DNA of 61,625 bases, the filler included, from Basidiobolus meristosporus CBS 931.73 (taxonomy: Eukaryota > Fungi > Basidiobolomycota), in the NCBI GenBank assembly GCA_002104905.1. It is 3 parts of 3 records of this genome, joined end to end, with 100 filler letters (N's around TTAATTAATTAA, not from the genome) between each part and the next. Parts side by side here need not be neighbours in the genome. Positions count along the whole stretch, not along the records: positions 27,664 to 50,292 come from MCFE01000974.1; positions 50,393 to 61,625 come from MCFE01001278.1; 1 more part is not named here. One strand, 5' to 3'. A program made the position numbers and the translations under genes. Under the pieces are notes generated by a model. The model had not been told where the DNA came from. It worked only from the letters and a program-made list of their open reading frames with translations, and did not search any database. The stretch's first letter is position 1; each line of letters opens with the position of its first letter. This document shows positions 37,428 through 51,008 of this stretch, one piece after another.

Positions 37428-40400
37428 TGTTGTAAAAGTTTGTACTTCCACCCACATATTCACCTAACTTAGTCACTTAGATCATTACCTTCAAATCCTA
37501 GAGAACACTGACCAAATTCCTTCTCAGGATTCACTCAGAATACTTTCCCCAAAGTACCAGGTACCAAGAACAGGAAAATTCACAAAGTTGTCCAAATAGC
37601 CTCAAACTTTGCACACATGATCTTGGGACCTTCCTTAGCCTATTCTATGTATTACTTATGCCAAGACCATGTAAAAGTATAAATACTAACTTTACATTCA
37701 ATAAATCATTAAGTGAAAAGCACATAATCTACTTGTCCTCCCAATCACTTCCAATATCTCCAAGACTCTAACAACAGGTTATGAGCCCCAAGCTATCACT
37801 CTCTGAAATGTCTACTACTGCTATTACTGGAATTTCTCCCTCTGCTGAAAATTTGGATAGATCTAACTACCAAGTGTGGAAGGTGAAGATGGAGATGCTG
37901 CTACAAGAAAGAGGCCTTTGTGATATTGTCATGGGAGAAGAATGCACACCTAAAAACATAGGAGAGGAAGCCCTAAAGTACCAGAAGAGATAACAAAGTG
38001 CCTTTAACTGCATTTGCCTTAATGTCAAGGACAAATTGCTCAATCATTGCTCAAGAGCAAAAACAGCAAAGAATGCCTGGACGGTATTGAAAGACACCTA
38101 CCAGTCATGTAGAGCTGCTAAGAGAATGTATCTGAGACAAATATTCTTTACTACAAAGATGCTGCCAGGAGAAGAAATGAAAAATCTAATTAACAGAATT
38201 ACCCTGCTGGTAGATGAAATGGAATCTGTGGGTGTACCCACTATTGATGAGGATATGATAGTTTCCATCCTGAATAGCTTGACAGACAAGTTTCAGGGCC
38301 TTGTATCAGCCCTGGAGTCCAGAACTGAATATTTAACCTTAAATTATGTATATGGAAGGCTCCTGGATGAAGAATTAAGAAAATCAAGCGCCAATTAGAA
38401 GGAAAAAGAAAATGCTTTGATAAGCAATGATAACCAACAAAGGAGGTATCCAAGACCCTACAAAGGCAACAGCAACCGGTTCTGTAGCTACTGCAAAAGG
38501 AAAGGACACACATCAGACCAGTGCTTCAAAAAGAAAGATAGTCAGCAGAAAAAGCCTGAATTTGGAAATGCTGCAACAGCTGAAGATAGACTATTCATAT
38601 CTGCACTAAATATGACCACAAACAAGGATTGTCAGACATGGTATATTGACTCTGGAGCATCTTAACACTTTACACACCAAAAAAAACTTTTTACCCAATA
38701 TCAAGAAATTCCAATTAAAAAGGTTTTCCTGGGTGACAATAGAACACTTAATGCAGTGGGAGAAGGAACTATCCAAGTAAGCCTTAGCAGCAGTGAAGGA
38801 AGCCATACATTGACCTTTAAAGAAGTACTCTATGTACCAGGTATGACCAAGAACCTACTATCTGTATGCAAGGACATAGCAGAAAGACTCAGCTTCAGCT
38901 TTGACAATTCTTGATGCAAGATCACTGGTCAAAATGGTGCCCATATTACTTTGGGTATCAGAGATCAGAATCTATACAAGTTGACTTATATTCCATCATA
39001 TTTGGAAGCTAATATAAGTAGCTTAAATGAATAAACACCAATGCTTTGGCGCTGGAGATTTGGGCATATCAACTTGGATTATTTGCGCAAAATAATCAAA
39101 TATCAGCTAATTTCTGGAGTAAAAACTGATCCCCCAGCTAATTTGGAGCACTGTGAAGCTTGCAAATATGGCAAACAAGCCAGACAACCATTCAAGAGTT
39201 CTGGGCTAATAAGAACTAATAAAAATTTAGATCCAATTTACTCAGATATATTTGGACCTGTGCAAAACATATCCTTGGGTAGGATGAAATATTTAATGAA
39301 GTATTTAATCACTTTTATTGATGATTATACAAGATACACATGGGTCTACCTCATGGAGAGAAAGGAAGAAGCTCTGTCAAGCTCAGGGAGCTTAAAGCCA
39401 TGGTGGAGAGAGAAACTGGTGAAAATGTCAAGAAAATACTCTCTGACAATGGTGGAGAATATACCACAAAACTCTTCATCCACTTCTGCAAAATTCATGG
39501 GATAATGCAAGAGACTACTGTATCATCCTCCCCACAGCAAAATGGAGTAGCAGAATGTGCCAACAGATTAATAATTGGTATGGCAAGGTCTATGATCCAT
39601 GATCAAAAAATATCCTCTGATTTTTGGGTGGAATCAGTTGCCACTGCTGTATATGGCACTCTGTTGGTCCTCTGGCACAATCTGGCCCATAAGTGCTTTG
39701 TATAGGTTTTACTTTAGGGCTAATATTTAAGTCTAGTGCCAGATTTTTGGTCTGTGGGTGGATCCAATCCAGATCAGCCATCAGGATCCCATTTAGAGAC
39801 TGTCATATTACCAGCAGCTTGGAATAAGCAACCCTCTTAACAATCTTATGACGGGATCACAACAGCATTTTGCAAATTTTATAGCCGAATAAAGTGATAA
39901 AACTTGACAAGATTTGATTGGAGCTGTGACAATAATTGCATTGTATTGTTACAGTCCTATTGCACTCTATAACTATTGTAAATGAATTGAACCAGCCAGG
40001 ACATCCAATTGCCTTATATGGCAAGATACTTGATGGTATTTTGATGGCCTCCCATCAAGACTCTGATTGTACTATAATGGCAGTATGGTGGCCTACTGCT
40101 GGTTTTGTATAATGCTATTGTATCAATTTACCAAATGGTATTTCCTGTTTCTACCTCCCCTTGTGCAAATCATATATTCCACTGTAGAATTACCCCTCTT
40201 TATTTGCTTACCCACTACTACCTTGGGTATTCCACATATATCTTGAATCTAATAAAACTATGGCCTCCTGCTGACTACCCTCTACCAATGCTCACACCTA
40301 CCACAATTAACATACTTCTATCACCTCAACTTTATGGCTTTTTAATGTGATACTTGCAAAGTTGCATATACCTTGTATTGCTGGTAACATATACAGCTTG

Positions 40401-43400
40401 CAAGCATATGCTTGGTTGTTGCCACTTCTGCCATGAATACCTCCTGAATATCCGCAAAGAACTTATTGGTATTTAGCCAATATATGCCTTCTCCCTGATG
40501 GATTCAAGCCCCCCTTATAGGGGTGCTCTGGCTTTTATTTGTGTGAATTCCATATTGAATGGTGTAGTAGTTTGCTTGTGACCAAGAGAAATCTGGCATA
40601 CCTTGGTAGAGTTTTCCTAATAGAAATTAGTTACTTGTTGCACCCACCCACCTTTGCATCACTTAACTGATTACCCACACAGTAGGGCTGCTTAGCTTCT
40701 TGATGCCATAGGCATAGGTGTCTCCATATGCATATCTGTCCTTAGTATTTTCAAACCCTATGTGGCTGTCCTCCATGTGACAGCTCATCACATCCATGAT
40801 GGACTTGAAGGTAATATTCTTGATGAGATTGGGGCATGGTGTACCTGTAACTTGACTTGTCTTCCTATCTCCCTACACATCTGCTCCATAGGAAACTCCC
40901 AGAAGGTGAAGTAAGGCCCAATATTCTCCACACACCATGCAAGATGGAATAGAGAATGGATACAGTAGAAGCAGAGATATATGCATTGAGCTTTATGTTT
41001 GTAGTATAGCTGCTCATATCCTGTCACAAACTCCTTGCACAACAGCTGTAAATGCTTCAAGTTGGCATTGGTGATCTGCTTCTGGATAAATATTCCTACA
41101 ATGTCCACATATGACTCCCAATGCTTCCAATGTACTCTTGGTAGGAATGGCTTCAGAACACCACATGTATAAACATATATCCAGTTCATCCAGTTTTTGC
41201 ATTTATATTGTTGTATATGAGTATGAATATTGCTTGGAGCCCATGAGAAGTACTTAGGGTAGCGGACACTCTGTAATATCTTGCCAATTATTTCAAATTT
41301 CTTTGGTATCTCAAAGGGCCCATTTAGCTTGAAATGCCCCATGTACAACTTGATCATCAGCACAGGGATATTGTTGAAAAGCAAATGCATTGTTCCCAGT
41401 GGAAAACTCTTGGTCCAAGCAATACCCTCTATCTTGAGTATCTCCAGTTTCAAACTGATTCCATATTCTGGCCAATGGGTGATAACGTGCCAACTTTGCT
41501 GCAACTGCATGCTGTCTTCTGTACATTCTCTCTGTGGGAAAATGATGTTCTTGGTGCTAATGTTTGGGTAATAATAATATGCTTGAGATATAGTAAATCC
41601 CCTGGATCTCACATGTTTGACAGCAATACTGTCCATTATGCCCAGAAAAACCTGCTACATTGCTGATGGCTTGGGTATCTCCAATGCAGATAATGATATG
41701 TGCTATTACTTGACAGCCATTTACTGTTATCCTGCTGGAAAGCATACAAGTTTCATCCAGCAATGGATACAGGTAGCTATTCAGGTTGGATAGTGATTTA
41801 GGCCTAGATACTGGTGAGACTACCATCAGATTACTGCTCTGATGCCATAAGATGGGCAGCAAACTCAGATTGATGATAATCAGCAGCCAGCAGGATTTGC
41901 TGGTAGAGTACTTGTTTAATGCAAATCCATCAAGTTCTAAGGCAAAGGCATGGTCATACATACTTTCAAAGTAGCCCTTGCTTATTTGCTGATTGTAATG
42001 TTTGCCATCAAATATATTGGATATGTTTGTACTTAATTGATACTGAGTACAGTACTGTATAGCTTTGCAATATTTGTTCGACTGCATTAGCTTCCTCAGG
42101 CAGGATATTACTGGATTATATCCGGAGTGTGAACATTATTTTCCCTCAATGATGGTGGAATTCTTACAGGTTGGAAATGTTGCAATGGTAGCATTTTTGG
42201 ATGTGAATGCAATGCAACTGTTAACACATGCTGGAATCAGGACATTCTCTGGATCATATGTTCCCAGCTGCATGACAGTTGTCCACTAGTACCATGTACA
42301 TGGTAAGTTGCATCCTGGAATGATTTTGGCAAGAAGTAGTAATAAGTTCTCAAGTCCCCCATTACTGATATTAGTGGAAACACACCACATCTCTAGCCAC
42401 AACATTACGTCATTCACCAGTAGATGGATTACTGGGCTCACTTGGCTCCATAAAGTATCCTTGGCATTTGTTTCAGCAGGTGTTGTCTCATTGCATATTG
42501 GGATTTGACCAGGCTCATATGTCGTACTGTTGTTAGGGGAGATAGGCTCAAAATCCATCAGAGAACCTTCTTTGTCAGAGCTATCACTCTGCATGCCATA
42601 TTCAGAAGGCTGAGGGGAGCCTAAAGGTGTCACAAACTTGCCTGACTCAATTTGTGCCAGGTGTCAAATACAGCTAGGTGCCAACATAGAAATATCAAAA
42701 TATGACATCAGATGATGACAAAACCTGATCTCAAGACCACCAATTGTCAGAGTTGAATCAGAGCAATACAATGAAATCTTTCTCATTCCAGAGGACTCTA
42801 AAACTATGGTTTAGCCTGTATCAGTGCCCATGAAGTCCTCAGAAGTGATCATTCTAGTATCAAATGCTAGGAGATCCAACCAGACATGAAATAGCCTATG
42901 TTACTATATCAATGAGGGTACAAACTTAGCCTATGCCTCTTCAGTTCATATTGATGAGCCCCAGACTGTAAAAAAGGCTCTAAATGACCCTCTGGCAGAG
43001 TTTTGGAGATCTTCAATGCCTGAGGAGTATCAGGCCCGGATGGAGAATCAAACTTGGGACTTATTCAAATTACCAATGAGCCAAAAATCAATTGGATGCA
43101 GCTAAGTCTTTGAGGCAAAGTACAAGGCTGATGGTACAATTGAAAGTTGCAAGTCAAGACTTGTGACCAATGGATACTCTCTAACAAAAAGACGACTATA
43201 CTGAGATCTCTGCAATGGTAGTCAAGCTTAATTCCATCATATTAATAATGGCTACTGCAGCCAAGTTAAGTTTTTTATATATCAAATGAAAGTAAAGGCT
43301 ACATTTTTTAACAGAGAACTAGATGAAGTTGTGTATATGGACCTGCCTGATGGGTTTGCTAACCAACATAACCCCCATTTGGTCCACAAGCTTAAAGAAT

Positions 43401-44884
43401 CTCTATAAGGTCTCAAACAAACACCAAAATCCTGGAATTGCAAGATAGATTCTTATTTGGAATCTTCAACTTTCAAATGGAGTAATCCTGACAATAGTAT
43501 ATACTATAATCCAGATAGAGTAAGCTCATTTCTATTTGCTCTATATGTGGATCATCTAATTATAGCCACTAATAATCTAGAAACATTGGAAGAGACTAAA
43601 TACAGCCTATCTAAAGAGTTCAAGATGTCCAATTTAGGAGAACTCAATTACTACTTAAAGATAAAGCTCTCTATAGATGGAAGTACCCAGACTATTGCCC
43701 TAAGCCAATCCAAGTATATCCAAGATATACTAAACAAGTGCCAGATGGAAGACTGTAAACTGGCAGCTACCCCAAGGCAGACATACCTCAACTTGGTCAA
43801 AACATAACCAAATCAAGAGAGCTTAGTGCCATCTGAAAGCACTGACTTTCCTTATGAATCTATGGTCAGCATTCTGATGTATGTTATGCTTGGACCACAT
43901 CCAGATATCTCATATTCAGTGGGAGTTGTTAGCCAGCATAATCAGAACTATGGATCTGATCATATTGCAGCAGTTAAGTGGATTTTTAGATATCTAAAAG
44001 GAACTGCTGATATCTGGTTAAGGTATAATTATAAAGATTTGGAACAGGATTTTGTGGGATACTTTGATGCTGATTGGGGACATAACTTAGAAGATTGTAG
44101 ATCCACCACAGGATACACCTTTCATTATTGTAAAGGAGAAATTTAATGGAACTCAAGAAAGCAACCAACCATAGTACTCTCTACCACAGAGGCAGAATAT
44201 ATGGCAGCCTGTGAAGCTACAAACAAAATAATGTGGCTAAGAAAGCTTTTTACAGATTTAGGCCTATGTCAAAAAAGGCCTTTTACTTTATTTCAAGATC
44301 ATGAAGGATGTATACAATTAAGTAGAAATCCAACTTTTCATGCTAGAACCAAGCACATAGATATTAGACATCATCTCATACATGAAGTTATAGAGAATAG
44401 CTTAGTTAGCTTAGTTTACTCTCCTACAGATGAAATGGTTGCAGACATATTTACCAAACCATTAGCCAGAGACAAGTTTGAATATCTTAGGTCAAAATTA
44501 GGACTAGTCAGTATGAACATTTAGCTGAGTGGGAGTGTTGTAAAAATTTGTATTTCCACCTAAATATTCACCTAACTTAGTCACTTAGATCATTACCTTC
44601 AAATCCTAAAGAATACTGACCAAATTCTGTGTTGGGATTTACTTAGAATATTTTCACCAAAATACCAGGTACCCAGAACATGAAAATTAGATAAGCTGTC
44701 CCAGCAGTCCCAAACTTTCTGCACATGTTCTTGGGACCTTTCTTGATCCATTCTATGTGTTTGTAATGCCAAGACCATGTAAAATTATAAATACTACTTT
44801 TACATTCAATAAATAACTTAGTGAAAACCACATAATCTACTTGTTCTCCCAGTCACTTCCAATATCTCCAAGACTCTTTCAACA
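37428..44884 (+). mobile_element. Copia C2 (5' LTR 37428-37776; 3' LTR 44536-44884) carrying a Tnp2 element fragment
   Basis: PBS GGTTATGAGCCC; CSYCKRKGHTSDQC; WYIDSGAS; IN, RT and RH remnants; PPT GAGTGGGAG; no TSD, so possibly recombinant. Confidence 0.85.
39653..42697 (-). mobile_element. Tnp2-type element, copy 2 (transposase pseudogene plus 3' flank)
   Basis: ORFs 41557-42087 (IFDGKHY, LELDGF, GDTQAI, GHNGQYCCQTC) and 40788-41636 (MHLLFNNIP, IHSLFHLA, WEFPME). Confidence 0.88.
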
Positions 44885-45674
44885 AAAATAGAGTTTCAGA
44901 ATGGGCCAACAGATCAATAATTGATATAGCAATACCTATGATCTCAGATCAAGAATTATCCAACAATTTTTGTGTGGAGTCAGTTGCCACAGATGCATAT
45001 CTTGAAAATAGGAATTACAAAAGAATACCTGGTGGTTTTATTCCATCAAAGGAGAGGTATAAATATAGACAAAGTGCAGAACATCAAAAAATATATATGG
45101 GTCTACAGCATATGCCAAGAAACTGCCCAGAAATCAATCAGAATTTGAGCCACAAAGTTAAAATGCATATTTTTGGCCTACTGCAATGGGAGTAAGGCAT
45201 GCAGACTGTATGATACCAAACCAAAGAAGCAAGATCTCATGTTCTGGACATCTGGTGTTTTGCAAAAATACTCTAAGTAAATGCCAAAGAGACACTTTTT
45301 CAGGATTCTCTAAGATTTTTAGGTAATGATCTAATGGACCATGTTAGGTGAGTATCTATGTAAATTACAAGCTTTTGCAACAACATATGTGTGCATAGTT
45401 TGGGGTCTTTGGGACAGCTTTGAGAAAGATCATAATATGAACACCTGATAATATGTGAAAATATTTCAAGTAAATCCCATCAAGAAGCTTTGCAGGACAA
45501 AGTGCTAGTCACAGTATAAGATCTATGTGACCAAGTTGCCATGAATATTTAGGTAACAACTTAATTGAAGAAGTAACTTCTAATTCAATGTGTATATCTG
45601 CTGTAATTATTAAGCTGAGTACATGTGTATATACTGTTGGACAATGTATTAGTCCTGTATGAAACATATGTAAG
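44885..45674. repeat. C2 integrase fragment (+) and older C2-like LTR fragments (-)
   Basis: CVESVATDAYLENR at about 44970; LTR-like remnants at 45225-45670. Confidence 0.55.
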
Positions 45675-47432
45675 CTTGTTGTAAGAGTCTTGGAGATATT
45701 GGAAGTGATTGGGAGAACAATTAGATTATATGGTTTTCACTTAATGATTTATTGAATGTAAGAGTAGTATTTATACTTTTACATAGTCTTGGCATCACAA
45801 ACACATAAAATAGGTTAAGGAAGGTCCCAAGAGCATGGGTGTAGCTTTTGGGGCTGTTTGAACAACTTTGAGAATTTTCTTGTTCTGGGTACCTGGTATT
45901 TTGGTGAAAAAATTCCAAGTAAATCCCAACACAGAATTTGGTCAGCATTCTCTGGGATATGAATGTAATGATCTGAGTGACTAAGTTAGGTGAATATTTA
46001 GGTGGAAATACAAATTTTTGCAACACTCCCACTCAGCTAAATGTTCATACTGACTAGTCCTAATTTTGACCTAAGATATTCAAACTTGTCTCTGGCTAAT
46101 GGTTTGGTAAATATGTCTGCAACCATTTCATCTGTAGGAGAGTAAACTAAGCTAACTAAGCTATTCTCTATAACTTCATGTATGAGATGATGTCTAATAT
46201 CTATGTGCTTGGTTCTAGCATGAAAAGTTGGATTTCTACTTAATTGTATACATCCTTCATGGTCTTGAAATAAAGTAAAAGGCCTTTTTTGACATAGGCC
46301 TAAATCTGTAAAAAGCTTTCTTAACCACATTGCTTCTTTTGCAGCTTCACAGGCTACCATATACTCTGCCTCTGTGGTGGAAATTGCTATGGTTGTTTGC
46401 TTTCTTGAATTCCATGAAACTGCTCCTTTACAATAAAGAAAGGTGTATCCTGTGGTTGATCTGCTATCTTCTAAGTTATGTCCCCAATGAGCATCAGAGT
46501 ATCCCACATGATCCTGTTCTGAATCCTTATAAGTGTATCTTAATCAGATATCAGCAGTTCTTTTTATATATCTAAAAATCCACTTAACTGCTGCAATATG
46601 ATCAGATCCATAGTTCTGATTATGTTGGCTGACAACTCCCACTGAATATGATAGATCTGGACATGTTCTAAGCATGATATACATCAGACTGCTGACCATA
46701 GATTGCTAAGGCAAGTCAGGGCTTTCAGATGGCACCAGGCTCTCTTGATTTGGTTGAGTTCTGACCAAGTTAAGTTGTGTCTCCATTGAGGTTGCTGCCA
46801 GTTTACAGTGTTTCATTTTGTACTTCTTTAGTATATCTTGAATATACTTGGATTGACTTAGGGTGATAGTCTGGGTACTTCTGTCTAGGGAGAACTTAAC
46901 CCCTAAGTAGTTACTAAGTTCTCCTAGATTGGACATCTTGAACTCCTTAGATAGGCTGGATTTAGTCTCTTCCAATGTTTTAGGTTATTGGCAGCTATAA
47001 TAAGATCATCCACATATAGAGCTAATAGAACTGGATTTGCTCTATCTGGCTTATAGTATATACTATAGTCAGCATTACTCCATTTGAAAGTTGAAGATTC
47101 CAAATAAGAATCTATCTTGCAATTCCAGGCTCTTGGTGATTGTTTGAGACCATATAGTGACTTTTTAAGCTTGCAGACCAAATGGGGGTTATTTTGGTCA
47201 ACAAACCCATCAGGCTGGTCCATGTACATGTCCTCATCAAATTCTCCATTCAGAATTGCAGTTTTACATCCATTTGATGAATAAAAAACTTATATTTTGC
47301 TGCAATAGCCAATATTAATCTGATGGACTTAAGCTTGTCTACTGGTACAAAGGTCTCAGTATAATCAAGTCTTTTTGTTTGAGAGTATCCTTTGGCCACA
47401 AGTCTTGCTTTGTATCTTTTAATTGTACCATC
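45675..47432 (-). mobile_element. Copia C2, 3' part (3' LTR 45675-46025; RT-RH)
   Basis: ORFs 46037-46507, 46924-47229 and 47250-47456; PPT next to the LTR. Confidence 0.9.
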
Positions 47433-48612
47433 TGTTGTAATAATTTGTATTTCCACCTAGATATTCATCTAACTTAGTCACTTAGATCATCACCTTCAAA
47501 TCCTAGAGAATACTGACCAAAATTCCTTGTTGAGATTGACTTAGAATATTTTCACCAAAATACCAGGCACCCAGAACATGAAAATTCTCAAAGTTGTTCA
47601 AACAGCCCCAAACTTTGCACACATGTTCTTGGGACATTCCTTAACCTATTCTACATGTTTGTAATGCCAAGACCAGGTAAAAGTATAAATACTACTCTTA
47701 CATTCAATAAATCATTAAGTGAAAACCACATGATCTACTTGTTCTCCCAATCACTTCCAATATCACCAAGACTCTTACAACAGGTTATGAGCCCCAAGCT
47801 GTTACTCTCTGCAATGTCTACTACTGCTATTACTGGAATTTCTCCCTGTGCTGAAAAGTTGGATGTATCTAACTACCAAATGTGGAAGGTGAAGATGAAG
47901 ATGCTGCTACAAGAAAGAGGCCTTTAGGATATTGTCATGGGAGAAGAATGCCCTCCTAAAAATGTGGGAGAGGAAGCCTTAAAGTACCAGAAGAAAGAAC
48001 AAAGTGCCTTTAACTGCATTTGCCTTAATGTCAAGGACAAATTGCTAATTCAATGCTCAAGAGCAATAACGGCAAAGAATGCCTGAAAATCATTAGAAGA
48101 CACCTATCAGTCATGTTCAGCTGCCAAGAAAATGTATCAGAGACAAAAATTCTTTACTACAAAGATGCTGCCAGGAGAAGAAATGAAAAATCTAATTAAC
48201 AGAATTACCCTGCTGGTAGATGAGATGGAATCTGTGGGCATACCAACTACTGATGAGGATGTGCTAGTTACTATCCTGAATAGCCTGACAGACAGGTTTC
48301 AGGGCCTTGTATCAGCCCTAGAATCCAGAACTGAAGACTTGACCTTAAATTACGTATATGGAAGGCTCCTTGTTGAAGAATTATGAGAATCAAGTGCCAA
48401 TAAGAAGGAAGAAGAAAATGCTTTAACAAGCAATGATAACCAACAAAGGAGGTACCCAAGACCATACAAAGGCAACAGCAACCTGTTTTGCAACTACTGC
48501 AAAAGGAAAGGACACACATCAGACTGGTGTCTAAAAAAGAGAGATAATCAACAAAAGCAGCCTGAATATGGAAATGCTGCAACAACTGAAGATAGACTAT
48601 TCATATCTGCAG
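47433..48612 (+). mobile_element. Copia C2, 5' part (5' LTR 47433-47782, PBS, gag)
   Basis: GGTTATGAGCCCC after the LTR; gag colinear with 37777-38600. Confidence 0.9.
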
Positions 48613-49133
48613 TGTTATGAATAGACACAAGGCAGGAGGAAAAGCTAGGCACGGCAGGAAAGGACTTAGGTGTGGACCATCAAGGCAAGGCAGGATTCAA
48701 GGCAAGGCTGTTTATTCAAGACCTGTGTTTATCAGACTGAGGAATACTTAAGGGGGGATAGGACTATATATACTTTTTGGCTATACTGATGCCAAGAGAT
48801 ATTAGCTAATACTAATGGGGTTGTGGGGTGAGGCACAGCAATGGTGCTGGGGGTAATGACATAGATGACACGGCACTGAGACAGGATGGGGAAATGGATT
48901 GGGTCACCTGATCATGTGACTAAGTCATGTGACCTGGTATTTCCATATATGGTACTGGACTATGAAAAATACGATGGAGAGCTTCCATGGAATGTTCCAT
49001 TGTGTAACAATGGCTTGGAATGTTCAGGAACTTTCTGGAAGGTGGTAGAAGGTTCCAGAAGGAATTTCTTAGAAATTGAGCTAGGAAGCTGAAACTTGGC
49101 ATGGGTTTTCATGGTTGTCATGTGATCATGACA
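48613..49133 (-). repeat. Chromovirus G2 3' LTR (521 bp)
   Basis: TGTCATGA...TCATAACA on the minus strand; preceded by the PPT GGAAGAGGAGAATAG; TATA and AATAAA inside. Confidence 0.88.
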
Positions 49134-50292
49134 CTATTCTCCTCTTCCAGGCAAAGCTCTGTTTCCCTTTGGGGCAGGTTTTGCAGGATATTGTTGGTGG
49201 AACTGGGTAACTAGATCTTGACAATTAGTGAGATGGGTAGCTGGTTCCCATGTTTGGTCACTTGGATCATAACCAATCCAGTCTACTAAGTAGTACAGCT
49301 TTGACTGGATATACTTGGAGTCTAGAATCTGTTTAACTTTAAATTCTTGATGTTGGTCAACCTGGATGGCTTGGGGCTTTGCTTCTTGCCGGTTTGGCAA
49401 TGTGTTCCTACAATACGGCTCTAGGAGGGACACATGGAAAGTATCATGGATTTTCATACTTGCTGGTAACTGTAGCTGATATACTATAGGGCTAAGCTTC
49501 TTCTTGATCTTGAAGGGACCAAGTTTCTTGAAATCCAACTTGTCACAAGGGCGGTTGGTGCTGATGTTTCTTCTGAGCAACCATATAGAATCTCCTTCAT
49601 TAAGATCAGGGCTGGGATGCTGTTTTAGATTGGCAAATTTCTTGTAGCTTTCCTGAGCTAAGGATAGCTCTTCCTTGAGGGTGTTCTGGATGTCCTGGAT
49701 TGCTTGGGCATGTTCAGCCGCATGTGGGCTCATTGGGTTTGTTGGAATCTGGATATCAAACTGAGGGTGGAATCCATAGTTTGCATAGAATGGTGTAAAA
49801 CCGGTTGCACTATGGCTTGAGTTGTTGTAGGCAAACTCAGCAACAGGGAGTAGATCAACCCAATTGTCTTGCTGGTAATTGATATAGCACCGGAGGTATT
49901 GCTCTAGAATCTGGTTGATTCTTTCAGTCTGGCCATCAGACTGTGGATGGAAGGCAGTAGAGAGCTTGACTTGAACACCAAGGTATTGCATGAAGTGTTT
50001 CCAAAACTTGGACACAAACTGTGAGCCTCTATCTGACACAATATCACTGGGGATACCATGAAGGCGGAAAATATTCTTCAGGACTAAAGCAGCAGTTTCT
50101 TTTGCATCAGTGTTCTTACAGCAAGGGATGAAGTGAGCCATCTTGGTCAGCCAGTCAGCCACTACAAGTATAGCATTGAAGCCACATGACTCAGGGAGGT
50201 CAGTAATGAAGTCCATAGATATAGATCTCCATTGGTGTTCCGGGATAGGCAAAGGTTGAAGAAGTCCATAGGGCTGGTGTCTGGCTGTTTTT
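49134..50292 (-). CDS. pol: Chromovirus (Ty3/gypsy) integrase core plus chromodomain, open up to the gap
   Basis: WRSISMDFITDLP, SDRGSQF, AFHPQSDGQTER and GPF motifs; chromodomain YYLVDWIGYDPSDQTWEP. Confidence 0.93.
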
Positions 50293-50392
50293 NNNNNNNN
50301 NNNNNNNNNNNNNNNNNNNNNNNNNNNNNNNNNNNNTTAATTAATTAANNNNNNNNNNNNNNNNNNNNNNNNNNNNNNNNNNNNNNNNNNNN
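50293..50392. other. Assembly gap with TTAATTAATTAA spacer
   Basis: 44 N + linker (50337-50348) + 44 N. Confidence 0.97.
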
Positions 50393-51008
50393 ATTTGAAG
50401 GAAGTTGAGAATGCATTGATAAGCAACAAAACTAACAAAGGAGGTACCCAATGTTATTTAAAGGCAATAGCAACCTGTTTTGCAGCAACTGCAAAAGGAA
50501 TGGACATATACCAGGACGGCATCTCAAAAAGAGAGTTAGTCAGCAGAAAATGCCTGAATAAGGAAATGCTGCAGCAACCAATGGTCAACTATTGACATCT
50601 GCACTAAATATGACCAGAAACAAGAATTCTCAGACATGTTATATAGACTCTGGAGCATCTCAACACTTTACACACCAAAAGGAACTTTTTACCCAATATC
50701 AAGAAATTCCAATTAAGAAGGTTTTCATGGGTGACAATTGAATACTTGATTCAGTAGGAGAAGGAACTATCTAAGTAAACTCTTACCTTCAGAGAGGTAC
50801 TTTATGTACCAGAAATAGTCATAAACCTACTGTCTGTAAGCAAGGCCTCAGCAAAAGGACTCAGGCTCAGCTTTGACAATTCTGAATGCATGATCACTGA
50901 TTAAAATGGTTCCCATATTGCTTTGGGTAACAGAGATCAGAATCTAAACAAGTTGGTTTAGACTCTATCATATCTGGAGGCTAATCCAAGTAGTTTAAAT
51001 GAACAAAC
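50393..51008 (+). pseudogene. Copia C2 gag-protease fragment
   Basis: Colinear with 38400-39035. Confidence 0.8.
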
